This document shows, piece by piece, positions 28,851 through 40,946 of a stretch of 64,000 nt of DNA (the stretch's first letter is position 1; every line of letters starts with the position of its first letter). The DNA is from Paramecium tetraurelia (Eukaryota): positions 186,001 through 250,000 of the forward strand of contig CT868196.1 in assembly GCA_000165425.1 (NCBI GenBank). Direction: 5' to 3'. The notes below the pieces were generated by a model. The model saw only the letters and a program-made list of their open reading frames with translations, searched no databases and was not told the DNA's origin. Made by a program: the position numbers and the translations under genes.

Positions 28851-29908
28851 TCATAATGTATTTCTTCTTTAGTTTTTTGCTTCCTAAATTAGTTGTTCTT
28901 CTGAAAATTCAACAAAATTTGTTATCAATAAATATTAATAGTTTTTCCTTCTTACTCTTATATAATTTGAAAGTGATCTTAATTTCCTTCAATTCTAATT
29001 ATTTAGCATTGAACCAATTGAGTCAATTCTTTTATCTTGGATTGTAATTATATATTCTAATTTCTGCATAGATAATTCATTAATAAATAATTTATCGATA
29101 ATGAGATAGTTTATGGAAATTAACAAAAGTTAACTCATTCTTAATTTGTTGATATTTTAGAAATGAGTAGTCTCTATAACTTTTGCAGTATTAATGTTAG
29201 TAATTATATAAAATATATGCAATAGACTTATTCAACTAAGATATTTTTATTATTCTAAGACGTAGGTATGTTGCTTGATTCTTTATTGAGATTCAACTAA
29301 ATAGAAATGCAACTCTTCTATATTCTGCTCCTTTTAGCTTTTGATATTAAATGTGTCATTCTTATTTTTTGGAACTGTCACTAAATCAGTAAGAATAGAT
29401 TATTTTATTTGTTGATTGTTTTCACCCATTTGTTGAAGCAAATCGCCTAAAAAATTAATGCGATTGACTCTTTCTATTTTTTCAATACTATTGTTTTATT
29501 TTGTCGTTACTTAGATTGCAATAAATTTTAGCTTGATTATTGGGCTACACTATTTACTATATCCTGAGGATGATAGTTTTTAACTCTAAACGATGGACTT
29601 TTTCTAAATTATGCAGAGACAAAGGATTATTACTAGTTCTAATTTAAGTTTCAATAATTAGTACCTTGATTAGTTGGCCAACATAAGGTTATATCTAAGA
29701 ATCAAAAGATATCTAATTATACTTCGTATAATTGCATTTTGCCTTGATTTGGAGTTGGATTGTTGCTTTGTTAAGTTGAACATCTGTAGTGAGTAGCTGA
29801 ATGCAACCTTGTTCCTTGAGAACTCTTTGCTCTATTTTAATCAGCTGCGTTTTTTCTGTTCTCATGCTTATTCGAGTGCGGAATGTGACGGATAGCACAG
29901 ACGTTCAT
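28851..29908 (-). CDS. Hypothetical protein
   Basis: MNVCAIRHIPHSNKHENRK...EFSEEQLIQEAKNQRRNTL*; 28-nt intron near 29712-29739. Confidence 0.7.
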
Positions 29909-29941
29909 TTTAATTTATTTATATATATAAGTAGATGAAAT

Positions 29942-30625
29942 TCATTTTTTTAACTTCTTCTCAATGTTCTCTAACCATTTTTTGTACTTTTGTTGCATTT
30001 CCACTTAAAAAAAATGAACTTCTTCCAGATTGGCATCTTTGTTGTCTTCCAATATAGTTTGATCAATATTATATTTTGGAACAGAAGTTGTTTAACTAGA
30101 TGAAGAAGGAGTTGCGACTATCTTCTTTATTGGTTATGTGTGTCTAATTTGCTACTATTCATCGTCAGTACCAAGTTGATATTAAAGTAATTCCATCGCA
30201 CTCACTCTCTATTTGAAAGCCTGCCTTAAGATTCACATAACATATTCTTACAGAACTTTAAAAATTGGTCTGTCTCCTTATATCATCTCTTGCTCCTGGA
30301 GTTATATGACGATAATTCTTCATCCTAAATGAAGGGCTCTTTCGCAACTGTGTTGAATTCATTGATGAATCTGTTGGTTTAGACTATTCATCATCGAAAA
30401 TTACATTACCTTATCCTCAAAAACGTCTAAATTGCATCTCTCAAAATTAGTTGGTGTGTGCTAAATCTAAAGAAAACCTACTTTGTAAGAAGGAGTGATT
30501 TATGATGAATTGAGATCAGAGTCCAACCTCCTTTTTGGTTAAATTTTAGGTCCCACACTCCCATTTCTCAATTGTACACGATTTATCTAACAATACGGGT
30601 TCATCTTAGTCAATCCTGTACTCAT
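29942..30625 (-). CDS. Hypothetical protein (Ser/Pro/Arg-rich)
   Basis: MSTGLTKMNPYCQINRVQLRNGSVGPK...MQQKYKKWLENIEKKLKK*. Confidence 0.72.
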
Positions 30626-31079
30626 TTGTATTAATATATATAAATAATTATATAATTTTATTGTCAGATAATTTGATTATCTATCTTCCTCATTGTTCTA
30701 CTATTGCACCTTTATACAAAAATAACAAGGTTCTACCAATAAATCCATTTACATATTTTATGTTTATTAAGTATTGCTTAAAAGTTAGAAATTCAAATCA
30801 TCATCCAGAGATATTCTATTCCTACCTAAATTTAATACGATAACCATGTTGAAAGTGACTTTAAATCTCTCGGGCTATCAATTTGTTGTTTAAAATTTAA
30901 GATTGTAAGATTGGATGGAACAAAACTAGAGAAATTTTAGCAAATAATCTATTTTTCATTACAATTCAAAAAATTATTATAATTCAATATTAATTTATGA
31001 TATTCAAAATCCTTTATATTTGATCAAACCTTAATTTATTCAATACTTCAACTGTTGTAAATTAACCAAGGCTGAATTT

Positions 31080-32140
31080 TAAATCATAAGTGACCAATCT
31101 CTTCAATCAATAGTTATAAATGTAATGTGTTATTCATAAATTTAGGCCATCTTGAAAAGAGCTAAAAATAAGAGGAAAACAATCAGTCCATCATTGAAAT
31201 TTTTGAAATAGATTGATTTAATTCATTCCAGAATGATGACCATTAAAGCTAAATTTTTTATTTTAAAACAGTAAGAAAGTCAAAGAAATAAATTAATTTA
31301 ATCGCTCACAACTTTTTTAGGAATGAAAATAAAGGACCAGAAACCAATGAAATAGAGGTCAGAGATTCATCATTGATGATTTTATGTCAAATCTCATAGA
31401 AAATAAACAGCCAACTTTGATCATGAAATTTAATATTCGATTAGCGCATTATAATAAGATTTGTTTTTTTTTAATTGAATGAATAATTTGCATATAAAAT
31501 AAGAAGATCAACAAGCCTTGCGTAATATACAAATACCCAAATAAATCTCTATGTTCCCAAGTCAATAGTATTTTTCACAATATTATAGTCCAACTATGAT
31601 TTATTTCCATCAAGAACACATGATAATTCAAAAATTCTTGAAGGCTTTGCACAATCTACAGGTTGCTTAAGGCTAATTACACAATTCTCCTAAATATCCG
31701 TTTGTGATTTAAGTTTCGAATAATCAAATTTTGGTATATCCTATCTCAAAATAGGTTCATTTGGGAAGAATATAATTAGATATAAGTAACAAGTTTGGAC
31801 ATATCTTTTCTCCTTAAAGCTACTATGTTCCATAGTATGCTTAAGTTATTTCTTAATACCCAAAGCTAAAACTTCACATTCAAAAGAAAAGATAGGTAAG
31901 ATTAATGTAGGATTAGAAGGACACAAAGAATATTCCAAAGAATTACTGTAAAAGCATTATAACTTTTGCATGTAAGAATCAATAGAACCTTTGCATCAGA
32001 ATTCTAAAAGATCAAGTGAAAGTTGTGAAATTTATAAATAAGATTTCTCAATATAAGAAATAGTTACTAAACATAAGGGTTTTCAGTGCTTTATTGTAAA
32101 GATCTGAAGATCCCGAGGAAGAAGAGTATAGACTAGCATT
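31080..32140 (-). pseudogene. Probable decayed gene remnant
   Basis: Long protein-like minus-strand frame (DIPKFDYSKLKSQTDIQENCVISLKQPVDCAKPSRIFELSCVLDGNKSQLDYNIVKNTIDLGTQRFIW) flanked by several in-frame TGA codons; no clean start/intron model found. Confidence 0.4.
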
Positions 32141-32387
32141 CAGAATAATTAGGTATCATAGTAAAAGTATCAGTAGTTAAATTTTTATTAAGAAATAGGC
32201 CATAAATTATATATTTAATTCAAAAATTGCTCAGCACAACTGGCATATGAAATATAGATAAAAAATATATAAGGGTATCAAAGATCCTAATAGATTTTCT
32301 CACATTAAGAATTTATGAAGTGAATAATCAATGAACTTCTATAATTATTAATATTATAATATACATAAATCCAAATATATTCATAAA

Positions 32388-33990
32388 ATGTTCTCTACCA
32401 AGCGAAACCATTCTGTGTCTCTTTCTATTAAACAATAAGTTGAGGAAAGACAAAAAAAATGAGATTTTAAAGATTAAAAAGGAGAAAAAATAGTAAGAAT
32501 ATTGAAAATAAAGTTATAGTAGTGGAATTTAGAAATAAGAGGATTGAAGGAGTCAAAAGGAATTCTCAATAATAGAAGAACTAGCTTTACGAGCACAGTA
32601 TGGAGCAAAACAAATGTATTGCCCATTCAACAGACATTATATAGTTATATTACTAAATATTTATTCAGTAGCTTAAGTATTAATACATTTAAAAATTATA
32701 GTGTTCAAATTTGAAAAGAGATACATTATACAAATCATTTACACTATATTATAAAATTTAATTTTTATTATTGAAATCTATTATATGGATCTTCTTTATA
32801 ATAGGCTGAAATATAATCTTAATTTTTATATTTCATTTAAGACTTAACCTTTGTTTAAGTATTGAAGAAGCCTCATAACTTATCCATCATATAACTTTAT
32901 TGCTCATATTTACTAGATATATATAATCTGTAAGCATTTTTACAATGTTTTTAATGAATAACTACTTTACGTTCAATATTTCTTGCTGTCTGAACATATT
33001 ATAGATTTTCATAGTAAGCTTGATATTAATTAATCGTTGATGCACCATGTACTTTAGAGAAATATTATTTTTTTGATATGTAAGGTTAGGCAGAATTTCA
33101 AAAAAAATAGAAATCATATACAAACAATCATAAAATGAATAAAGAGCTAATAGAGGAGAAATTTTTATCATATTCTTAATTATTGAAATTGGAAATGTTT
33201 TTTAAGACAATTAATAATTATTCATTTTGGCTCAATATGGAAACGCAGATGATTAAAAAAATAAAAATGAGGAAGAGATTGCAATTTAAACAATGCCAAT
33301 CTTAGACATATGTGAATCATTAATAGAATATCAAAGTTATATTTAGGATAATATTTTATTCTCACAAAATATCAAATATATGAATCGAATACTTATTGTT
33401 AATTAACAATTTTAATAAGGAATAACAGATAAGTAGTTAAATAAATTAAAGAACATGATATCAAAATAAAGAATAAAAATGGACTTTAATTTTGACAATT
33501 AAGCACACCAAATTTTTAAATATTAATTTAAAAATTTTGAGAGGTTCTAATAGGGTTAAATGAACCAAAACTGAATTATTAATAAACCAATACAAACTTA
33601 AATGAGCGATGACAAAAAAAGGTTAGCTAAATAGTTGTTGTCGAACTTTGAATTGAAGTTTAGATGACTAAGACTATGGAATACTTAATAGGGCAAATAG
33701 AATAGAAATTTCCAATTAATCTCTCTTATGTATTAAAGGCAACAATAAATTGTAAGAATCTTTAAGAAATTTGGAACTAAGATGGAAACAATATCGCTTA
33801 AGTACATTAAAATTAAATAATTAGAAGAGCTTATTAATAGAAGAGAATTAAGTAATTAATTGATGGTGATTGAAATATTTAATTTTATTTGATTATCAGT
33901 TGAAGAGAAATTTATTAACAACTACAACTATGAATATTATTATATTAGGCAAACGTTTAATGAAAATTCATTATTTCGATATGCTTAATT
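32388..33990 (+). pseudogene. Fragmentary coding-like segments (possibly one or two degraded genes)
   Basis: MFSTKRNHSVSLSIKQQVEERQKNE at 32388 and an E/Q/K-rich frame at about 33240-33575 both hit TGA early. Confidence 0.3.
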
Positions 33991-34199
33991 AATGGAAATG
34001 CTTCGCAAATTAATAAAAATTATAAAATTAATTTTATTAGAATATATACTTAAAATTTAAGAACAATTGAATTAGTATAAAACATGTTGAATTTGAGAGT
34101 TGTTTTCTATTATTCATTTAGTGATATATGCTTACGTCATTCCTATTTAAAGTAATTTTAAAAAGATGTGAAAATATACTCTAAATATATTATTAATTA

Positions 34200-34976
34200 A
34201 TGGGATTATGTGAAAGTAAGGAGACAGAGCATATGAGTTCACGTAGAATTGATAGTTTCATTAAATCTTCTCATTCTTATAATAATTTAATAAGTTAAGA
34301 TACACATCAAGGAGGCAGTCTTCCTTATAAATATGAGACTGTGATAATACAGGATAATTTGAAAACAATCGCCGAAGAGAGTATTATACAATAAGAACGA
34401 TAAATTCAATACTAATCTACAGCGCCATCTCCATAAGCTTCGATTGAGATGAAGCAGGTGTCTCAGTAGAGTCCATTGATGCTACAAAATCCATCTGGAA
34501 CTTGGAATTTATAGACACACGCTATAAAACATGGAGGATTGTATGAGGTATCGGTAGGAAAGGATTGCATTGGAATGTACGAAGAATGGGAATTCATTTT
34601 GAATAAAGATGGTCCAATAAACAATTCGGATAGATTTGTGGTAATTCAAAATCCATATAAATATCTAGTTACGTCATATATTGACTCAGACTTTGTTGGT
34701 AGCTGAAGAGACTTTGTAAGGAGACTATAAAGTGGGTTCTATAGCTAGCAAGACTATGAGAGATGAAGCAATGTGGTAGATAGAAATAGGCACAGATACT
34801 CTATATGAGAACACTTTTGTTAGTAAATTAATTATGCTATGGTAGAATTACGTCATGGAAAGTCTAAGTTATATTTATCTAGAACAAATGAAAATGGTTC
34901 GATGGAGAATCATCGTAAAGTGGCACTTACTAATTTTGATCCAATTAATAGTTTTTGGTTAGTCAAATTAAAATGA
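34200..34976 (+). CDS. MIR-domain (beta-trefoil) protein with N-terminal myristoylation/palmitoylation motif
   Basis: Starts MGLCESK; three MIR-like units (LMLQNPSGTWNLQTH, FVLRHILTQTLL, VKLRHGKSKLYLSR) each followed by a W; 2 introns. Confidence 0.82.
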
Positions 34977-34987
34977 TACTTAAAAAA

Positions 34988-35424
34988 TCACTTAAATTAT
35001 AACAAAATCTCTTCAACTTAATCAATATATTGTTGGATACTAAGAATAGATTTTTTCTGTTCTTCAATTTTGTTTTGAAGAATTTGGATTTGTTTAGCAG
35101 TGATTTTCTCGGCTTCTGAGAAATTCAATTCAACAAAGACATTCATTCCCACATCGAGTGTAATCATTAATGGATTTACTCTATTCATTAGACTAGTGTT
35201 TGTTACAATTCAACATCTAGGAATGTATTGGCACCAACATTCATTTTCATTTGTGATTAGCCTGAATTGTTTTTAATGTATTCTATGACTAGTTGGTAAT
35301 CTTCTTGTTTGTGTTCTAATTATTAGAGTTTCTGCAAGGCTTTTTCCATGTCAACTCTGAGTTTTTTGTGGAAAGTCTAATATTTGGCAATTTGTTCTTC
35401 ATCTAATTATACAAATTCACTCAT
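34988..35424 (-). CDS. UXT: Alpha-type prefoldin-like protein UXT
   Basis: KYQTFHKKLRVDMEK...KMNVGANTFLDVE...ITLDVGMNVFVELNFSEAEK: double beta-hairpin of alpha-prefoldins between coiled coils. Confidence 0.85.
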
Positions 35425-35439
35425 TTAAATTAAAATAAA

Positions 35440-38400
35440 ATGTCTGATATATTGGATGATGAATAAGCATATTTGAAGAGATGGTATAAGTTTGCTAAAA
35501 TTCACAAAACTATCCCACCTCCTAAGAAGGATACTCATCTTGAATCTCTTTGTTATAGAATCAAAATCAGAGACATCTGTAACATTCCAACCAAAAAGGA
35601 AGTATAGTAGTCAATAAGAATACTCTTAAATTTATACAATTCAACCTCTAAGGAGTTTTTTGGTAGAACCTACGAATCTCCATTTCTGGAACTGATCTAC
35701 TCTCAAGCAAATTAATAATTGGAACACCCAGAGGTTTTCTGTTATTTTCATTTGCGTCAAATTGAATCTATATAAGTTGCTGTTGAGATCGTCTTATTTG
35801 GTAATAATAATCTAAACATTTAGAGAAAAAGGATTAAGTTATATAAAATAGATAGATAGTTGGTTGGTGTTTGGGGGATATTGGTCAAGAAATGAAATAC
35901 ACTCTAAAACGAGGATCCTCTCGATTCTTAATCAGTAATCAATCTAATTCGGAAACAGTTGGACAGACAATGTGGGTGGAAGTCGTTGAGAATAAGGAAT
36001 TTACTTAAATTAAGAATTTGATTCCAGAGGGTTGTCTTTGTGGATATGGAGATGAAGTATTAGGAGTTCATGGATATCAAATAATCTCACAATTGGCTCT
36101 GACCTAGGAATAAATTGCATATGTCACTTCCATTGAAATATTGGTCCCAACTTCAGTTGATCTTTTGATATAAGAGTACCTCAAGAAGTATAAGGAAGTC
36201 AAGTATAAAGATGATGGACCAAACGAAGTCCATTTTCTGGCTAAGAGATTGGTATTCACATTTCACAATGGATGGAATTACACTAATACAAGAGGATTAA
36301 ATAACTTTATAACTTTGGAAGAATCCTCTTTCTAGAAAAGTATAGATAACTAGAAGATTGATTATAAAAAGCTCACTTTCAAGGGTGCTCTAGATGTAAA
36401 TGGAATATATTAAGAACCTAAATTGGGAGTCTTCATCATCTAATTAGAATATGATGTTGAATTTATGGTTACAAATCTTGGTAAATAAAGAACCACTGTT
36501 TTGTGCGGTTGGTTACCATTAGTACCTAAATCTACTTTTGAAGAGGAATTCATTATTGGTCCAGGAAGGTCTCTTAGTAACTAAGTGTTAGTCGATCTTA
36601 GTGATATTAAATACCCAATCACCATTTCTGGAAAGATAAACTTTGGATCCATTCAAACTCAACATCTACCTGGACCCATGATTAATCAATAGGTTTATTA
36701 ACCTATGGATGCTCCGAGTTTGGTCAAATTACCTGAATAAGGAGGTGGTTAATAACTAGGAATGGATGATGACTAAAGAAAAATCAAGCAGTTAGAAAAT
36801 ACTTTAAAATGTATACAATTATTATTTCACATTTATAGAACTTTAATAAGATAGACAAGTGAGTGCAACCAATTTGGCTATGGATTTTGAAAATAAACTT
36901 AAAATTGATAAATAAAGAGAATAAGAATATTAGAAGATGGTCGAAACTATTAAGAAGCAACATGAAGAGGAAATTTAAAAGATTCTAGAATAATATGAAG
37001 ATCTAAAGAAGATGATGACAGATATTAATCAAACTCAATAATAATATTTAACAAAAGCATAACCAACTTCAGCATCTTTATTAGGACAATAGTAGGTTTT
37101 ATAAGATTAAAAGGAATTAGAAAAATGGAGAATCATAGAATCTATGACATCAGTTCCGAGGAAAACATTTTACAAAACTCAATAGCAGGATCTAATGGTT
37201 GAAGCCTAATTTGGAGGCTAGGCATTATCTAGAGGAGATATAGCATTCCTCAGTTAGAATGGAGTGAGAGAATTGTTTATTCAACATACAGATTACGTTG
37301 AAAATGATGAAATTAAATAAAAATCACTGCAATATGAATTGGCTGATCATAGATAGGCTATCACTGTGTTCATTTAATTACTCTCATTTAAACCAAGAAT
37401 CACCATGAAATCTAAAGATCTAGAACCCACTGTCTATCACTATTCAGAAGAGTCGAGAATCCCAAGTAGATTATTTATGATAGTCAATTTTTATGATTTC
37501 CCAGAATATGTCACAGAACCATTAATTTATGAGAATGGATTTGATAGATCTTCTTATACAAGATGTTTGGAACAATCTATCCCTTTTCTTTTGATCAGAG
37601 AACAATTTCTTAAAACAGGAGCATCCTATAAAGAACCTGTATTTAAATTTGAAGTTGAACCTTCTTCAATCGGATATCCTAAAGCCTATAAGTATTTTTG
37701 TGAGTATTTATTTAACAAATGCGTAACAATTGAAATTTGGGATTATGATTCCATGATGATTTTTGGAACCATAAGGCTTCCTTTAAGATAATTATTAAGG
37801 TAAGGATAAGATGCATCAGTTGTCATGAGGAAGGCTGATATCATTGATAAAGAGTTTAAGAAGATCAAAGGAGAGTTACAAGTCTTAATTAAGTGTGTTG
37901 GTAAAGAGGATAGAGTGACTGAGGTTTTGGATAATAATAGTCAGATGAAGAGAAAAGTAATATCGACTAAAAAAGTCGAGCCTTTGCATATTTTAGAGGA
38001 TGAAGAGAAGGAAATAATTAAGTAGGATCCTAATGAAAGGATTAAGGAGAGAATCAAAAGAATAAGAAGATAAGAAGTTCCCAATGGTACAAATAGTACT
38101 AAGACACTTATGGAAATAACTAAGAGGAAGGATTTGTCTAAGAATGCTTTTGTTCATTCTGTCATTTAAAGTCATTTGAGTGATGAAAAGGTGATACACC
38201 CATTCTTTGGGAAGGTAGAAATAGTTGAACTTGAATTCAGAAATCCATATGCGACTGGATAGAACTTTGTAATCTGCATAGATGATTAGGAGATGAAATG
38301 TTCTGGTATTTAAGAAATTCACTTAATTCATCAACCAGTAGAATGGAAATACTATGTAGATTTGTACAATCATTCAAAACCTTAGGAATTCAATATGATA

Positions 38401-39562
38401 TAAGCCAATCAGAATAACTTTACTATGTTTCTAACTGCTAAGGAAAAAGTGGTGCTTCTGTTTAAATATTAGACTTTTAGGGAGGTTAATCAAGAATATA
38501 CTGAATTGTAAAAGACTGAAGAACTCTTTACCATTAAAGGCAAATAGTTCCTCACTTAATACAGTTATCCAAGACAAGTTGCTGTGTTTATCAATACAAT
38601 CGAAGGATAATGTGTTGGAGGAATGAGAGTCAAAATATTTCCTCATAGTAACACCATAGATCATGTTTACAGATTTTATGAAAGAGATAATCGATAAGTA
38701 TCTATTCAATTCCCTGCATTATATGGATACACAGTACCAGCACCAGACAAGAAACCTATTTTATTTTGCAATAATGAACAACTAGTGGTTGAATGGGCTA
38801 ATGATTTTGAAATCAGAATTAGTTTACGTATGCCTGAAGTGAATAAATAGTCAGTCTTCTACATCTTGGCGTATCAAGACACTTATTTCAAAGAATTAAT
38901 AGCTAATTGGCAAATTAAACTCACGAGTTTAGCTGGGTATTTCTATTTATTAATTTTAGAATTGGGATTGAAGTACCTTTAGGTTAAGTTTAAAATACAA
39001 AGTTAACTGTTCATGTTGAGATTTCAAGATAGGTGAAATTTTACTCATCTCATCCTATATGTGTTTGGTTTCCATAACCCTACGATTAGTTGGTTAATTT
39101 GATTCCAGGGAAAATCAACATTGCTAATCTGTGTGTGAGATTATTCACTGAGTAGATTCACAAGGTTATGGTTACTTGTGTAGATGAATAATCTCATGAA
39201 TTAGTCAGAGGATGGATTTTAAATATTTCACCTACTGTTCCTCCTATTAGTTAAGTGTTTGACATCCAGGCTCCCAGAGATCAAATGAAGACTTACATTG
39301 TTAAATATGCTAATAAATAAAATAATGAAGTCCTTTTAATTTTTAAATCATCCAATACACAAATATTAAAAGTAACAATTTACTTAAGTTATAGCTTGTT
39401 GAAACCAGATATTTATTCAAGGCTTAATAGATACAAGATATTACATTATAAATTCACAGAGTGGGTGAAATGGATAAAGCAGAAGTTAAAGTGTTTATTG
39501 GTGATGAAGATAGATCAAGAGATACATTTGATTGTTTGTTATTCAGAATCGCCTATATTTGA
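35440..39562 (+). CDS. NPHP4: Nephrocystin-4 (ciliary transition-zone protein)
   Basis: LNLYNSTSKEFFGRTY, FHNGW, CGWLPL, VNFYDFP, IEIWDYDSMMIFG..LPLRQLLRQG, FRNPY and C-terminal Ig-like repeats. Confidence 0.9.
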
Positions 39563-40015
39563 TTATAGAAATTTATTAACCCAAGAATTATTATTTAAAT
39601 TTATCAAAATATACTATAATGTTTAATATAATTTGGGATTAGGCTTTTTATAAAAGAATTTTATATTTCAAAATGATTATTCTTTTTCAATTATTGAAAT
39701 CAATATAACTGTAATTCCCTTAAAAGATTTTTAATTTAGATTATATTCTACAACATTTAGTATTATTAGGATAATACTATTAAAACATTCACTTATACTT
39801 GTAATTCTGCTCCTTAAATATGTCATATATTTATTTATTCTATTTTCTCAATTGTATTAAGAATGAATACTATATACATATATATTTAAGAGAGTATCAC
39901 ATTGAGTTTAACAAATTTAGTGGATTGTAATAAGGGAGAAGATTTTGTCATATTAGTGTCAGTCTGTACTTGATGTACCAGCTTTCTTTACATAATTAAT
40001 TATTTTTAATTCATA

Positions 40016-40796
40016 TCAGAGATCATCATATCTACGAATAACTTCATATCCTTCCATTACAGCGTTGATGTATCTTTCATATTTCTTGAGCATATCCTCA
40101 TATAATTTCATGTTTTCTAATCGTTATTCTTTGGATTATAATTTTTATTGTATATAGTTAGTATCATCATCAAGTAGTGCTGTTCTCATTTGTAAATCTT
40201 TAACTTCAAGTATGATATCCATGGACTTTTCCATGCAATCACTCAGGCGTTTCTTACAGTTTCTGATTTCCTCGTACTCTTCAAAAGAAATGGGGGGTTT
40301 ATTTTTGATTGGTTGAGTAGGAGAGAGTCGATTGCAAATTTGGAGGACATGGCAAAGGAGTACTCCTTCTTCGTCACGTTGGTTGAAGAGTTGAACTATG
40401 TGCATTCGATAATGGGGAACATCAAGACAGGTGGTAGTGCTGCAAACGATGTAGGAGACTTTGGGACAGTGTTTTGGGAGTGGAGTTTAAAAATTCATTT
40501 TTTTCCATTTGAACACTTTTTTTGAATTATCTTTTAGCCTTGGAAATCCTAAATTCCTTAGGGATGCTTTTCTTAAAAAATAGAGATAACCATCTATAAA
40601 AATGAATTTAAATTTGATTTACTTTTGGGTTCATAATAAATGTCTTCTGGATGTTCATCAAACATAGGGATAGAATGATCTCTTCCATTCATCAATAAAT
40701 CTTCATATTCATCACCTAACATAGACATCTTGTATAAAAGGTACCATTCAGCCAACGATAGTGATAAGGGGGTAATGCATACTAGGTACTATCCAT
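40016..40796 (-). CDS. Small protein with CG-1 (CAMTA-type) DNA-binding-like domain and C-terminal coiled coil
   Basis: YHYRWLNGDEYEDLL...PKNGYLYFL...FKWKK...YRMHIVQLF...GVLLCHVL parallels CG-1 RHRWL..EI...P.SG.LFLF...WRKK...FQRRCYWL...IVLVHY; 2 introns. Confidence 0.78.
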
Positions 40797-40946
40797 AATT
40801 AATTAAATGATTAAACACATTATAATTATCTTACTTCATCCATTCTTTACTTCAATTTTCAAAAATTAATTTATTATAATTAAATGAATATTAAGAAGTA
40901 GTTTATATGTTTTTAAGATAATTTTGGTCCAAATAATATATATTTA

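Noticed and set aside
31985..32090. In-frame TGA next to Cys (F*CKG) as possible selenocysteine
   Set aside because: The same frame has several other TGAs, there is no redox-fold context and I recognised no SECIS; decay is simpler
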